Shown here piece after piece: positions 27,115-36,643 of a stretch of 57,641 nucleotides of DNA (its first letter is position 1; every line of letters starts with the position of its first letter). This DNA is from a virus (lineage: Duplodnaviria > Caudoviricetes). The position numbers and the translations under genes are program-made. Below the pieces are notes generated by a model. The model worked only from the letters and a program-made list of their open reading frames with translations, did no database searches and was not told where the DNA came from. Location of the stretch: the IMG/VR virus record IMGVR_UViG_3300021438_000003, positions 1 through 57,641 of that record; one strand, 5' to 3'.

Positions 27115-27117
27115 CTT

Positions 27118-28215
27118 ATGAGTAAATACATGCAGGACATGCTTGATAGACAAGCTTTTATTGATCAAAACATGCAGAAGAAATCACCTTTTGATGAAGG
27201 AGTGATGCGTGCCGTAAAAAGTGCCAAGCAGTCTTTAGCACTCGATGATGATCAGTCCGACAAGGCTACACGTGCGGGTCTTTACGGATTTAGTGAAGCT
27301 TTAAATCGTGATAATGAACCGGAAGCTAGAGGTATAATAGGTAAACTAGCAGCTGCTGCAAGAGGAGTACCAGCTGGTATGAGAGCTTATGATCAGAGTG
27401 AGGCGGCATCTCAGAATCAGAATAGCATGCTAGCTGATATAGCTCATAGATTTAGGTCAGCAGAGGAAGCAAAGATTGCTAAAATGGAACAGGATGCTTA
27501 TATGCGTGAGATGAATGATCGTAAAATGGCATTAGAGCAGGAAAAACTTGGTGAACAAAGGGATTATCATAATCAGTCTTTGATGGCTAGGAAAGCAGAT
27601 GTAAATAAAAATTCACCTGATAACATGGATAAAAACTGGTTAATTAGAGCTAAAGGTAATGATAGTTCTGTTCGTGATATTGCAACTAATTATCAAAAAA
27701 CTAGTGAAATTTTACCTAATATAGATGAATTTAGAAAGTTACTTAAAAATACAAAACTCAGCGGGGCAAGTTTTTCAGATGCAGCTAGAAGATATGTTGC
27801 AAGAGCGACCGGACAAGATGAAGATGTTGTAAACGCCAAAAACCTTGGTCAATTTTATATTGAGTGGATGGCTGAAAACTCTAAAGGAGCTTTATCGGAT
27901 AGAGATATGGTTTTATATACAGCTGGTTTTGCTGATATTGAAAAAAATAGAAACGGAGCTATTAAAGTTTTAGATAGATTAGAAAATAAACTTAAAAAAC
28001 GTCAACAATTATATTCTAAACAACTTTCTTTATATGAAAAAGATCCAGGGGCTAATTTATTTAGTAAATCAATTTTAGATGAAGACCCAGAAAGCTATGA
28101 TGGTTATGTTCCTATTTATAATCCTAAAACTAATGAATTTGAAGAAATACATCCTGATGATTTAGAAGCCGCTATAAATAAAGGTTGGGAAGTAAGAGGT
28201 GAGGTTGTAAATTAA
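27118..28215 (+). CDS. Putative internal virion/ejection protein
   Basis: Helical and Ala/Gln-rich; KGALSDRD motif. Confidence 0.65.
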   Translation: MSKYMQDMLDRQAFIDQNMQKKSPFDEGVMRAVKSAKQSLALDDDQSDKATRAGLYGFSEALNRDNEPEARGIIGKLAAAARGVPAGMRAYDQSEAASQNQNSMLADIAHRFRSAEEAKIAKMEQDAYMREMNDRKMALEQEKLGEQRDYHNQSLMARKADVNKNSPDNMDKNWLIRAKGNDSSVRDIATNYQKTSEILPNIDEFRKLLKNTKLSGASFSDAARRYVARATGQDEDVVNAKNLGQFYIEWMAENSKGALSDRDMVLYTAGFADIEKNRNGAIKVLDRLENKLKKRQQLYSKQLSLYEKDPGANLFSKSILDEDPESYDGYVPIYNPKTNEFEEIHPDDLEAAINKGWEVRGEVVN

Positions 28216-28218
28216 TAA

Positions 28219-30144
28219 ATGAGTTCTCTTGAAGGTTTAAGATTAAAACCGAAGAAAAAAACTATTGAAAGACACGATCTTGAAGGCTTGAGATTGAAGC
28301 CAAAAAAGGGAATTGTTGTTGAATCAGAAGAAATTGATTATAGCCCTAAGGAAGAACCAGGGGTAATGTCAAATTTTTTCAAACCTCAATATAAACATTT
28401 AATAGAAGCAGCAGAACCTTTATACAACAATAATTTTACTAAAGGTTTTTTATCTGGTGTTGGAAGAGCTGGAATGTCAGAAGCTGCTGAACAAGCGGAA
28501 GCTGGAGTTATGGAAGTAGCCCCTGGTGTTGTTGTGCCTATATCTGAAAGTTCTGCTATGGCTAATATTCCGGAAAAAGGATTAGAAGCTTTAGAATCAA
28601 TGAAACCAGATGAAAATGATACTTTAGGTAATATTGCTTATAAAGCTGGTGAATTTGGAGGAGCAACAGCATCAATGCCTATGATGCCTGTAAGAGGTGC
28701 TGTTAATGCTGCTACTAATACAGGTAAATCTTTATTTGGTAGATTTGGTAAAGAAACCGCTATGGGTAGTGCTATAGGTGGTGGTTCAGGGATATTACAA
28801 GAAACAACAGGTATAGATCCTCTTTATGCTGATTTAATATCATCAGTAGCTGTTCCAACTTCTTTGTCTAACAGCCAAGGTATGTTTGGAAGATTCAGTA
28901 ATCCTAAGGAAAAACTGGCAAAAGGAACAATGCGTTTAATGGGCTTATCTAAACGTAAAACAGGTGGTTTTGATGTTCCTGCCGCACAAGCAGCTAGAGA
29001 TTTAGAAATAGATTTACCAGCTGCTGCTCTTACTGATTCTGCTGTAACAGGACTTGCTGATCAATGGATAAGTAAATCTCCTTTTTTTGGCAATAAACTT
29101 AGAAACAAATATTTAACAACAGAAGAGCAAACACGTAAAGTTTTGGATGATATTTATAATCAAACTAGTAATAAAAGAACACCTGAACTTGAAGAACAAA
29201 TAAAAGGTTTATATAGAACTAGTAGGGAAAGTTTACCAACTGAATTAAAAGATAGAAGTATAGTGCCCACAAATACTAAAGCTACCGCAGAAGAACTTTA
29301 CAGCGATTTAGCTAATAGTGATATTTATTCAAAAGATACTAAGTCTTTACTACAAATGATAAATCGTCTTAGAAAAGCAACAAGTGGTGCATCTTCAAAA
29401 CCAGATGTTTATGGTTCTACTTTTCCTTCTAATAATAAATATGATGTTAAAAGATTAATCAATGCTAAAATGAATCTTAATGCTATGATTAAGTGGGATA
29501 CAGATGAGGGAATTAAAAATTTAGCTAGAAAATTACAAGGGGCTATTTCTCAGGATATAAGTGAATATGGTAAATTAAACCCTAAATGGCATGAAACGTA
29601 CAGAAAAGCAGATAAATTATTTGGTGATTTAGCTAAAAGGGAAGAATTGGAAAGTTTATTGGGAACTAAAGTAATTAATCATGGTACTGATAGTTTAAGT
29701 TATAGCAATTTATCTAAAGCTATAAATAATCCTGAAAAAGCAGAATGGTTAAAAAAACAAGTTACACCGGAAGTTTTTGCTAAAATAGAAAAGTTAGGAC
29801 AAGTTGCTAAAGCAATGGCTTCAAAAAATGCAAGAATTCCAAACCCTTCTGGAACAGCTGCGACATTAGGGGTTTCAACAGGTGTTCTTGGATTAATAGG
29901 GCTTGTTAATCATCCAAATTTAACAACAGGTTTACTTACAGCAGGGGCAACTGGTGGTGCTATGGCGACAGTTACACAATTACTTACAAATAAGAAATTC
30001 CTTGATTTAGCTTTGGATTATGCTGAAAAACCTACTTTATCCAAAGAAATTAGTTTAAATAAATTTATAATGGATAAAACAGGTTATTCAGCTGTTGCAT
30101 TAAGAAATAAATTACTTGATGAAACTAATAGTAATGATAAATAG
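28219..30144 (+). CDS. Putative DNA ejection protein (P22 gp16/gp20-like)
   Basis: Gly/Ala-rich hydrophobic segments; C-terminal PNPSGTA motif. Confidence 0.7.
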   Translation: MSSLEGLRLKPKKKTIERHDLEGLRLKPKKGIVVESEEIDYSPKEEPGVMSNFFKPQYKHLIEAAEPLYNNNFTKGFLSGVGRAGMSEAAEQAEAGVMEVAPGVVVPISESSAMANIPEKGLEALESMKPDENDTLGNIAYKAGEFGGATASMPMMPVRGAVNAATNTGKSLFGRFGKETAMGSAIGGGSGILQETTGIDPLYADLISSVAVPTSLSNSQGMFGRFSNPKEKLAKGTMRLMGLSKRKTGGFDVPAAQAARDLEIDLPAAALTDSAVTGLADQWISKSPFFGNKLRNKYLTTEEQTRKVLDDIYNQTSNKRTPELEEQIKGLYRTSRESLPTELKDRSIVPTNTKATAEELYSDLANSDIYSKDTKSLLQMINRLRKATSGASSKPDVYGSTFPSNNKYDVKRLINAKMNLNAMIKWDTDEGIKNLARKLQGAISQDISEYGKLNPKWHETYRKADKLFGDLAKREELESLLGTKVINHGTDSLSYSNLSKAINNPEKAEWLKKQVTPEVFAKIEKLGQVAKAMASKNARIPNPSGTAATLGVSTGVLGLIGLVNHPNLTTGLLTAGATGGAMATVTQLLTNKKFLDLALDYAEKPTLSKEISLNKFIMDKTGYSAVALRNKLLDETNSNDK

Positions 30145-30145
30145 G

Positions 30146-30331
30146 TTATTCCTCTTCATCGTCTCTGTTTAAATGATTTATCCATTGTGATAAAAGGAAA
30201 ACAATAAGTAAGTTAAAAGGTAAACATATTGCTCCTATAACAGAGCCAAAACAATTATAAGTCCCCACTGTAGCGAATACCATTGCTATTATAAACACAA
30301 TAAAGGCTAATATTTTTCTAATTATTTTCAT
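30146..30331 (-). CDS. Two-TM small membrane protein
   Basis: Two hydrophobic helices; GAGGACTAA RBS. Confidence 0.7.
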   Translation of the reverse strand: MKIIRKILAFIVFIIAMVFATVGTYNCFGSVIGAICLPFNLLIVFLLSQWINHLNRDDEEE

Positions 30332-30353
30332 TTTTAGTCCTCTTTAAATAATA

Positions 30354-30971
30354 TTATTTGGATTTTAATTTTTTAGTTAAACTAATTGAATAACTATACA
30401 GCAATTGATCTTCATCAATTAATTTATAAATTATAGGCATATCAATATCTTTATACCTTTTACATTCTTCATGAGAATTAGATGTGGATTTAATAAATAC
30501 TTCTTTTGTATTCAAATCGATTTCTAAAACGTCATTAAAGCAATACTTAAATGAATATTCATGTTTTGGGTTATCAAGTGTAGCTATGATTTTATTGTTA
30601 TCCCAAGATTTTATATAATAATTTACTTCATAAGAGGTAAGATAATAATCAAGTTTTATACCATAATCTCGTAACACTGTTTCATGGATAGTACAGTCTT
30701 TGGTATCTTTATAGCAGTTTATTTGTACACTATGTGGAAAATTATAAACTCGATTACAGGTATCTAATTGTTCAGTACTTTGTTTACTTATGTGCTTCCA
30801 AACACCAGTAGCTGATACATAAGATGGGTTATTTTTTGGAATAATATTAAATTTCATATTTGCATTAAATATTATTAGAGGTCGTGTTTTATTAAATAAA
30901 ACTAAATCTTCTAATTTTTCACAAGATGCTAATATTAACATTAAAGGTATAAATATTATAATTTTCTTCAT
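30354..30971 (-). CDS. Cys-rich lipoprotein (superinfection-exclusion candidate)
   Basis: MKKIIIFIPLMLILASC lipobox; counter-oriented after the ejection genes. Confidence 0.75.
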   Translation of the reverse strand: MKKIIIFIPLMLILASCEKLEDLVLFNKTRPLIIFNANMKFNIIPKNNPSYVSATGVWKHISKQSTEQLDTCNRVYNFPHSVQINCYKDTKDCTIHETVLRDYGIKLDYYLTSYEVNYYIKSWDNNKIIATLDNPKHEYSFKYCFNDVLEIDLNTKEVFIKSTSNSHEECKRYKDIDMPIIYKLIDEDQLLYSYSISLTKKLKSK

Positions 30972-30973
30972 AT

Positions 30974-31180
30974 CTACTCCCCCTTATCTTTAATTATTTC
31001 CCATAAGATAGCAGCTGTTTTAAAATCTTTAGCTTGGTATAGAACATCGCTAATATAACTGAGTTCTATTGCGGATAATTTTTTAAAAAATCTTGTTTCC
31101 TCATCAGATAGTTCGCCTGTTTCTTTTAATTTATCAATCAGACAAAATATTTTCTGCGTTTTGGTTAATATGTAATTCAT
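30974..31180 (-). CDS. Hypothetical protein
   Basis: GGAGGACTG RBS. Confidence 0.7.
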   Translation of the reverse strand: MNYILTKTQKIFCLIDKLKETGELSDEETRFFKKLSAIELSYISDVLYQAKDFKTAAILWEIIKDKGE

Positions 31181-31232
31181 AAGTTCAGTCCTCCTTTTAG
31201 TTGAAATACAAAAACAGATATATAATTATTTT

Positions 31233-31282
31233 TATTTAATAACAATAATTATTTATACATAAAAAATTATTGTTATTAAATA
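31233..31282. promoter_or_regulatory. Perfect 18-bp inverted repeat in divergent control region
   Basis: TATTTAATAACAATAATT-14 nt-AATTATTGTTATTAAATA. Confidence 0.65.
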
Positions 31283-31354
31283 CCTTGTTAACTGTTGTAA
31301 AAATAACTCATAATAACCAGTTGATTTAAATGATAATAAATATTATAGTAACCT

Positions 31355-31458
31355 TATAAGTGTTTAGACATAACATTTATTGTTAATTAAATAAAAAACA
31401 GATAGTCCCACCTATCATATTAAAAGGTTATATCTTGGTTAAAGATATAACCTTTTTT
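31355..31458 (+). ncRNA. Second candidate ~100-nt small RNA
   Basis: TTGATT-17-TATAGT promoter (31321-31349); hairpin GATAG-TCCCAC-CTATC; ends in a strong terminator; no ORF. Confidence 0.5.
31422..31458 (+). terminator. Intrinsic terminator (possibly bidirectional)
   Basis: AAAAGGTTATATCTT-GGTTA-AAGATATAACCTTTT-TT. Confidence 0.8.
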
Positions 31459-31514
31459 AATATTGATTTTTTTATTTATTACTTTATAATATGAATTTCG
31501 GTTGATTATTTGAT

Positions 31515-31697
31515 ATGAAAAATATTTTTAATTTAATAGCATCTAATGCCAGTTTTATTAAAAACATCTTCATTCTCATGATATTAGGTAGACTATTATT
31601 TATTGAGACAGATAATCTTTTATTAATTGCAGAAATAGTCGGTTCACTTTGTGTTATGATGACTGATTTATGCCCTAACCCTTATTTGGATCATTAA
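31515..31697 (+). CDS. Small membrane protein (possibly a truncated remnant)
   Basis: TTGATT-16-TATAAT promoter at 31463-31490; hydrophobic ORF; hydrophobic fragments continue downstream in other frames. Confidence 0.45.
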   Translation: MKNIFNLIASNASFIKNIFILMILGRLLFIETDNLLLIAEIVGSLCVMMTDLCPNPYLDH

Positions 31698-31901
31698 TGT
31701 ATTATTTATCTTTAATAATAAAACTGATGATTATCACTATATTTTATAATACTTAAACATAAGTATTTCTTAAAGAAAAAACCCGATTATAAATTAATAA
31801 CTTATATTTTAATAGTTAATGGTATAATTATACCTGTTATTAATTTAAGATTAGAGGAAGAACAGAAAGAAAATTATGCAAATTTCATAAATATTTTTAT
31901 T

Positions 31902-32306
31902 TTATTTATTGGTCTTCTTTGACTTAAGACCTTCTTTTACATCTTCTTTTATTCTTTCTAATTTTTTACCAACTGAAACTTCATTATACGGAAATTTAGG
32001 TACGTATTTATCTATAAAATCAAATCTCTGCTTCACCTTTTTACGCTGATCTTTTTCCTTATTGTATTTATTATCAAAATACTCGGAAATATAACGTCTC
32101 ATGTGAGCATCGAGTTTATCATCTTCACTTTCTTTCTCATCCTCTTCTTCGCTCTCATCTTCGTCATAGTTATTTTCTTCCTTATAATTACCTTTAACTA
32201 CCTTACGAATGTGAGAAGGGTTTTTAAGCAAGAGGTTGACATCGACTTCATTTAGGTTGTAAGGAGTCTTTTTACCTTTAAATGGAACTTTAGATACTGA
32301 TTTCAT
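31902..32306 (-). CDS. Highly charged hypothetical protein
   Basis: Acidic tract flanked by Lys-rich segments. Confidence 0.65.
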   Translation of the reverse strand: MKSVSKVPFKGKKTPYNLNEVDVNLLLKNPSHIRKVVKGNYKEENNYDEDESEEEDEKESEDDKLDAHMRRYISEYFDNKYNKEKDQRKKVKQRFDFIDKYVPKFPYNEVSVGKKLERIKEDVKEGLKSKKTNK

Positions 32307-32385
32307 AAGGTTTTTGATGATAATGTATTAAAATTGTAATATATTATAAATTAAATTTTTAATCAATAATTTACTTGAGTTACAT

Positions 32386-32937
32386 ATGAAACTAAAAGTA
32401 ACAGGAAATTCTGACGATATAGAACTCTATAAACTGTTGTTATATAATATATACAATGATATGTATAACCCTTACTGGAGTAGAAATTTGACTAATAATG
32501 ATTTAGTTAAACGATTTAAACAATATCATTACGAATTAGAAGCATTATCAAATAAATCAGAATATTTATTAAAACAATTGGAAGAAGGTAAAAAGTCTTT
32601 TTGGCAAAACAAAGATTTTTTTTGTTTCTTAAATGAAGATGAACAAAAAATAGAGATAGAACGTTTAAACAGTAAAGACTCGGAAGAGTACGAACCTTAT
32701 TATCAAAAGTTACATATAATAGAAGAACAATATTCAAGCAAACATCGTGTTTCAATAGAAAAATTATCTGAAATTCAAAACTTTTTAAATACTAAATCTC
32801 ATTGTGATGGAGAAAAAAATATTTATAAAGTTATAAGAGAAAAATCATCATTTATTGAAAAAAGTGTTCTACATGATACTTACATATTTATTGAAGATGA
32901 TATAGCTTGTTGTGGTGAAACAATAACATATGAGTAA
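32386..32937 (+). CDS. Hypothetical helical accessory protein
   Basis: 183 aa; ends EDDIACCGETITYE. Confidence 0.7.
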   Translation: MKLKVTGNSDDIELYKLLLYNIYNDMYNPYWSRNLTNNDLVKRFKQYHYELEALSNKSEYLLKQLEEGKKSFWQNKDFFCFLNEDEQKIEIERLNSKDSEEYEPYYQKLHIIEEQYSSKHRVSIEKLSEIQNFLNTKSHCDGEKNIYKVIREKSSFIEKSVLHDTYIFIEDDIACCGETITYE

Positions 32938-32939
32938 AT

Positions 32940-33629
32940 ATGCCTAATACCAACTGTACGCTTACATATCCTATTCTAATTGAAAGTCTGCAAACATATA
33001 TGCTTAGGACAGATGCTCCTTTTGTTGATCAAATACCATATTTGATTCAACAAGGGATAATCAGGGTTTATAATAATGCCAAGGATTTGGGCTTTGAGAT
33101 TAGAACTGAAATAGTAAATAACACTGTTGGTACTTCCACTATTAGAAAACCTGGTAATTGGCGTGAAACAGTTTCTATTTTAATGTTTGATAATGCTACT
33201 CAAACTACTTCTTATTTATTACCGAGAAGCAGAGAATTCTGTTTAACATATTGGAATAATCAAATAGCGAATAATACAGGTAGACCCAAATATTATGCTG
33301 ATTCTGTTCTTAATTTAAATAATCAGGATTTACAAAATACATACGGAGAATTTTATTGGACAATTGTGCCTAATTTAGATCAAACTTACACATTTAACAT
33401 ACAATACTTAGGTATCCCTTTATTCAACGCAGATAACCCTGTCAATTTTTTAACCCAGCGTTATCCTAATCTTCTACTTTATTCATGCCTTATTGAAGCA
33501 TGCCTGTTTTTAGATGATGAAGAAAAACGCAATAAATATCAGTCAATGTTCGATCAGGAACTTGAGACCATCAACAGAATGAATACTGATAGAAGTGCTG
33601 ATAGAACAGTAATAAGAGCCAATAACTAA
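32940..33629 (+). CDS. Tail adaptor (tail tubular A-like)
   Basis: TY..L...LQ.Y...FVDQIP..I; GRPKYYA; YP.LLLY.CL.EA..FL. Confidence 0.8.
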   Translation: MPNTNCTLTYPILIESLQTYMLRTDAPFVDQIPYLIQQGIIRVYNNAKDLGFEIRTEIVNNTVGTSTIRKPGNWRETVSILMFDNATQTTSYLLPRSREFCLTYWNNQIANNTGRPKYYADSVLNLNNQDLQNTYGEFYWTIVPNLDQTYTFNIQYLGIPLFNADNPVNFLTQRYPNLLLYSCLIEACLFLDDEEKRNKYQSMFDQELETINRMNTDRSADRTVIRANN

Positions 33630-35248
33630 TGCGTGTACCTTTAGTATATAAACCGGGCATTCAAAGAGACGGAACTGATTTCCAAGATGAATACTGTATC
33701 GATGGACAGTGGATTCGTTTTGTTGGCGGTAAAATAAAAAAGATGAAAGGTAATAAGGAACTACATAGGCCTGTAAATAATATTACACCTAACTTTTTAA
33801 CTGTATATAATACGGCCAATAATTATATACTTATTTACGCATCACACGATCAAGTTCATAGGTGCATTACTGATCTAGATACTGTTAGCGATGATATTGC
33901 TGTTTTAGGTTCGGATACGGGACAACAACCTTTATTTTTAACAGATGATCAAAATAGAACATGGCAATCAGCAAAATTTATAGGACAAGATGGTAATCCT
34001 TATTTAGCATTACTTTCTATTTCTAACGGCAATAATATGCTTAGTTCCAGTAATGGTACTTTATATTGGAAAAGTATGTTGCAAGACGATACTTTTCAAG
34101 GATATGAAGACGGACTAATCCCTGGTAATACTAATAATATTGTATCCGGTGGTATTTTATTCTCTAACCCCTGTTTATATTTATATGGTAATAACGGCAC
34201 AATTATTAGAAGTAAAACAAGAGACCCTTTAGACTTTTCAGGTGGAGACTCAGGTGTTTATAAAATATCAGAAAATAAACTTATTTTCGGAGCAAGTATT
34301 AGAGGAGGTACTAATTCACCTAGCTTTTTATTCTGGACAGAGAACTCAGTTCTTTACTTAACTAACGTAGCCGATCCTGCTAACGTAGATCAACCTGTTG
34401 ATTTCCAAAGAGAAGAAATAACAACTAATTCATCTTTAATGTCTTCAAGGTCTGTTGTTCAATATGACAGTTTATTCTTTTGGCTTGGAACAGATAGAGT
34501 ATTTGTTTATAACGGCATAGTAGATAACGTTAAGAATGACGTTAATTTTGAATATTTTCTTGAAAACGTTGACTTAAATAAAAGACAAAAGATTTATGGA
34601 TATAAAATAGCCCGTAACGGCGAAGTACGTTGGGCTTATCCTGAAAAAATAAATAGAAATGATCCAATAATAGGATGCACTAGAGAGCTTGTTTATAACG
34701 TGCGGGAAAATAGCTGGTATGATACGGCTATTAGGCGGGATTGCGTTACTGTGTATGAAGCTACCGGTGATATTTTTAGTTATGGTGAGAGTTGTGCTAA
34801 TTATCCTTATGACCAACTACAGACTTATAAATCAATATGGAAACAGGAAACAGGTTACAATGAGGTAAGACTAGGTGGACTTCAAAACAATATTCCTTCT
34901 TTCTTTACAACACCTTATTTTGGTTTTGTTGCTTTCAATCCGGCTAAAAATGGTAACGCTATTGATAAATATATAGTTTTAGATCAAATAGAGCCGGATT
35001 TTCCAGCTCCTGCCGGTTATACTAGAAGTATTAACGATACACTTATAATAGGTGTTAGCTATAAAAAATACGCAAGTACTCCTACAACAATAAACACACC
35101 TTTTAGTTATAACTTATATCCCGGAACATCACCGGGTAAAATAGATTTAAGAATCTCAGCTAGGTTTATGACTGTTACTTTTTCTTGTGTTTATCCTTAT
35201 AATGTCGGTACAATACTTATTAATTATAAAGAAGGAAGTAATCAATGA
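33629..35248 (+). CDS. Tail nozzle/stabilisation protein (P22 gp10-like)
   Basis: KPGI.RDGT...DGQWIRF; FFWLG...F.YNG; EVRW.YP; YNVREN.WY. Confidence 0.8.
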   Translation: MRVPLVYKPGIQRDGTDFQDEYCIDGQWIRFVGGKIKKMKGNKELHRPVNNITPNFLTVYNTANNYILIYASHDQVHRCITDLDTVSDDIAVLGSDTGQQPLFLTDDQNRTWQSAKFIGQDGNPYLALLSISNGNNMLSSSNGTLYWKSMLQDDTFQGYEDGLIPGNTNNIVSGGILFSNPCLYLYGNNGTIIRSKTRDPLDFSGGDSGVYKISENKLIFGASIRGGTNSPSFLFWTENSVLYLTNVADPANVDQPVDFQREEITTNSSLMSSRSVVQYDSLFFWLGTDRVFVYNGIVDNVKNDVNFEYFLENVDLNKRQKIYGYKIARNGEVRWAYPEKINRNDPIIGCTRELVYNVRENSWYDTAIRRDCVTVYEATGDIFSYGESCANYPYDQLQTYKSIWKQETGYNEVRLGGLQNNIPSFFTTPYFGFVAFNPAKNGNAIDKYIVLDQIEPDFPAPAGYTRSINDTLIIGVSYKKYASTPTTINTPFSYNLYPGTSPGKIDLRISARFMTVTFSCVYPYNVGTILINYKEGSNQ

Positions 35249-35526
35249 TTAATAATTTACCTTTTCCTAAATATATAACTTTTGAGAAATGGTCAGCAGA
35301 GCTTATAAAAAATTATAAAAATGAGCGTTTACCAGTACCAAGAGCAGGTGAAGAATGGCAGGAATGGGCTAATAAAATAGCTGGTGTTGGCGTATTTAGA
35401 ACAAATAGTATACCATCGGCTACAATTACAAAAGGTTCTAAAAAAGCTGATCAGTTTAAAAACTGGGACGACTGGGCAAAAGCCGTGTATATTGTTATGA
35501 TTAACGCTAGAGGTAAAAAGAAGTGA
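35245..35526 (+). CDS. Small Trp-rich tail protein
   Basis: WQEWA...F.NW.DWA pattern after the nozzle gene. Confidence 0.65.
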   Translation: MINNLPFPKYITFEKWSAELIKNYKNERLPVPRAGEEWQEWANKIAGVGVFRTNSIPSATITKGSKKADQFKNWDDWAKAVYIVMINARGKKK

Positions 35527-36641
35527 AAAAACATACTAAAAAGGATGTCAATTATATCCTAGAGCAAACAAGAAAAAAAGGACGTAGTGGTGATACTGTT
35601 CTTGCTCATATTAATCCGCTAGAAGCACAAATGCTTAAAAAGGCAGGTGGTAGTGGTACTATTAACCCTGATACAGGTTTACCGGAATTCTTTTTTAGAG
35701 GAGTCAGGAACTTCATTAAAAACCCGGGTAGAACCATAAATAAAACTATTAAAAACCCGAAACGGACTATAGCTGATACTATTGGAACAGCTGCTGCTAT
35801 TTTTGGTGGCCCAGTTGGTGGTGCTCTTGGTGGGGCAACACGTTCTCTTGTTCGAGGTGATAAAGAAAATCCTTTAATGGGGGCACTAAAAGGAGCTGGT
35901 TACGGAGTAGCTGCTCCAATGATAGGTAATCTGGCAGGACAAGGTTTAAGTAAAATCGGTGCTAATTCAATTGGCGGTGCTCTTCAAAACTATGGCAGCA
36001 ATAATATGGGTAGTTGGTTTGGTAACGTGTCCCAAATGGGAGGTGGTATTAGAGGTATGGGTTTACCATTTACCGGAGCTGATAAATCACTTGGTGCTTC
36101 TGATTATCTAGCAGGAGGAGGTGCTCTATCTAGTATGGGAGGAAGAGGTAAAGGAGTATCAGCAGGAGCTGACTATGACTTTGATGACGCTGGTGATGAA
36201 GATGTAACAGAATATATTGTTAGAAAAGGAAAAAGAGGCGGTAAAAAAGATTTAGGTTTCTTTGAGAAATTAAAAAGTAATAGTTTGGATTTTGCAACCA
36301 AACCTAAAAATCTGCTTGCTCTTGGTACTACCGGCCTTAGTCTTTACGATAGGTTCAATAGACCTAAACCAAAGTCAGCAGCGCAGGAAGGAAAAGACGC
36401 TAAAGCCAAATTACTTGCGCAAAGACTGACTCCTGAAGAAATGGCGCAGCAGGAAGCTTATGAGCTTGAACAGGAAAGAGCAAGACGTAGAATAGCTAGA
36501 CGTAAGTTCTTACCGGAAGAAAGAATTGATATAGAACCTATTTACAATAGGGTAAGTAGCCCTCAGGAATATGCCCAAACAGGTAGATGGTTAAATTATT
36601 ATAATAACCCTCAATTCACAGGAACACCTATCAGATTTTAA
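35523..36641 (+). CDS. Putative ejection/internal virion protein
   Basis: GR.GDTVLAHINP.EA..LK..GGSGTINPDTGLPEF motif; Gly-rich membrane-spanning region. Confidence 0.75.
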   Translation: MKKHTKKDVNYILEQTRKKGRSGDTVLAHINPLEAQMLKKAGGSGTINPDTGLPEFFFRGVRNFIKNPGRTINKTIKNPKRTIADTIGTAAAIFGGPVGGALGGATRSLVRGDKENPLMGALKGAGYGVAAPMIGNLAGQGLSKIGANSIGGALQNYGSNNMGSWFGNVSQMGGGIRGMGLPFTGADKSLGASDYLAGGGALSSMGGRGKGVSAGADYDFDDAGDEDVTEYIVRKGKRGGKKDLGFFEKLKSNSLDFATKPKNLLALGTTGLSLYDRFNRPKPKSAAQEGKDAKAKLLAQRLTPEEMAQQEAYELEQERARRRIARRKFLPEERIDIEPIYNRVSSPQEYAQTGRWLNYYNNPQFTGTPIRF

Positions 36642-36643
36642 TT

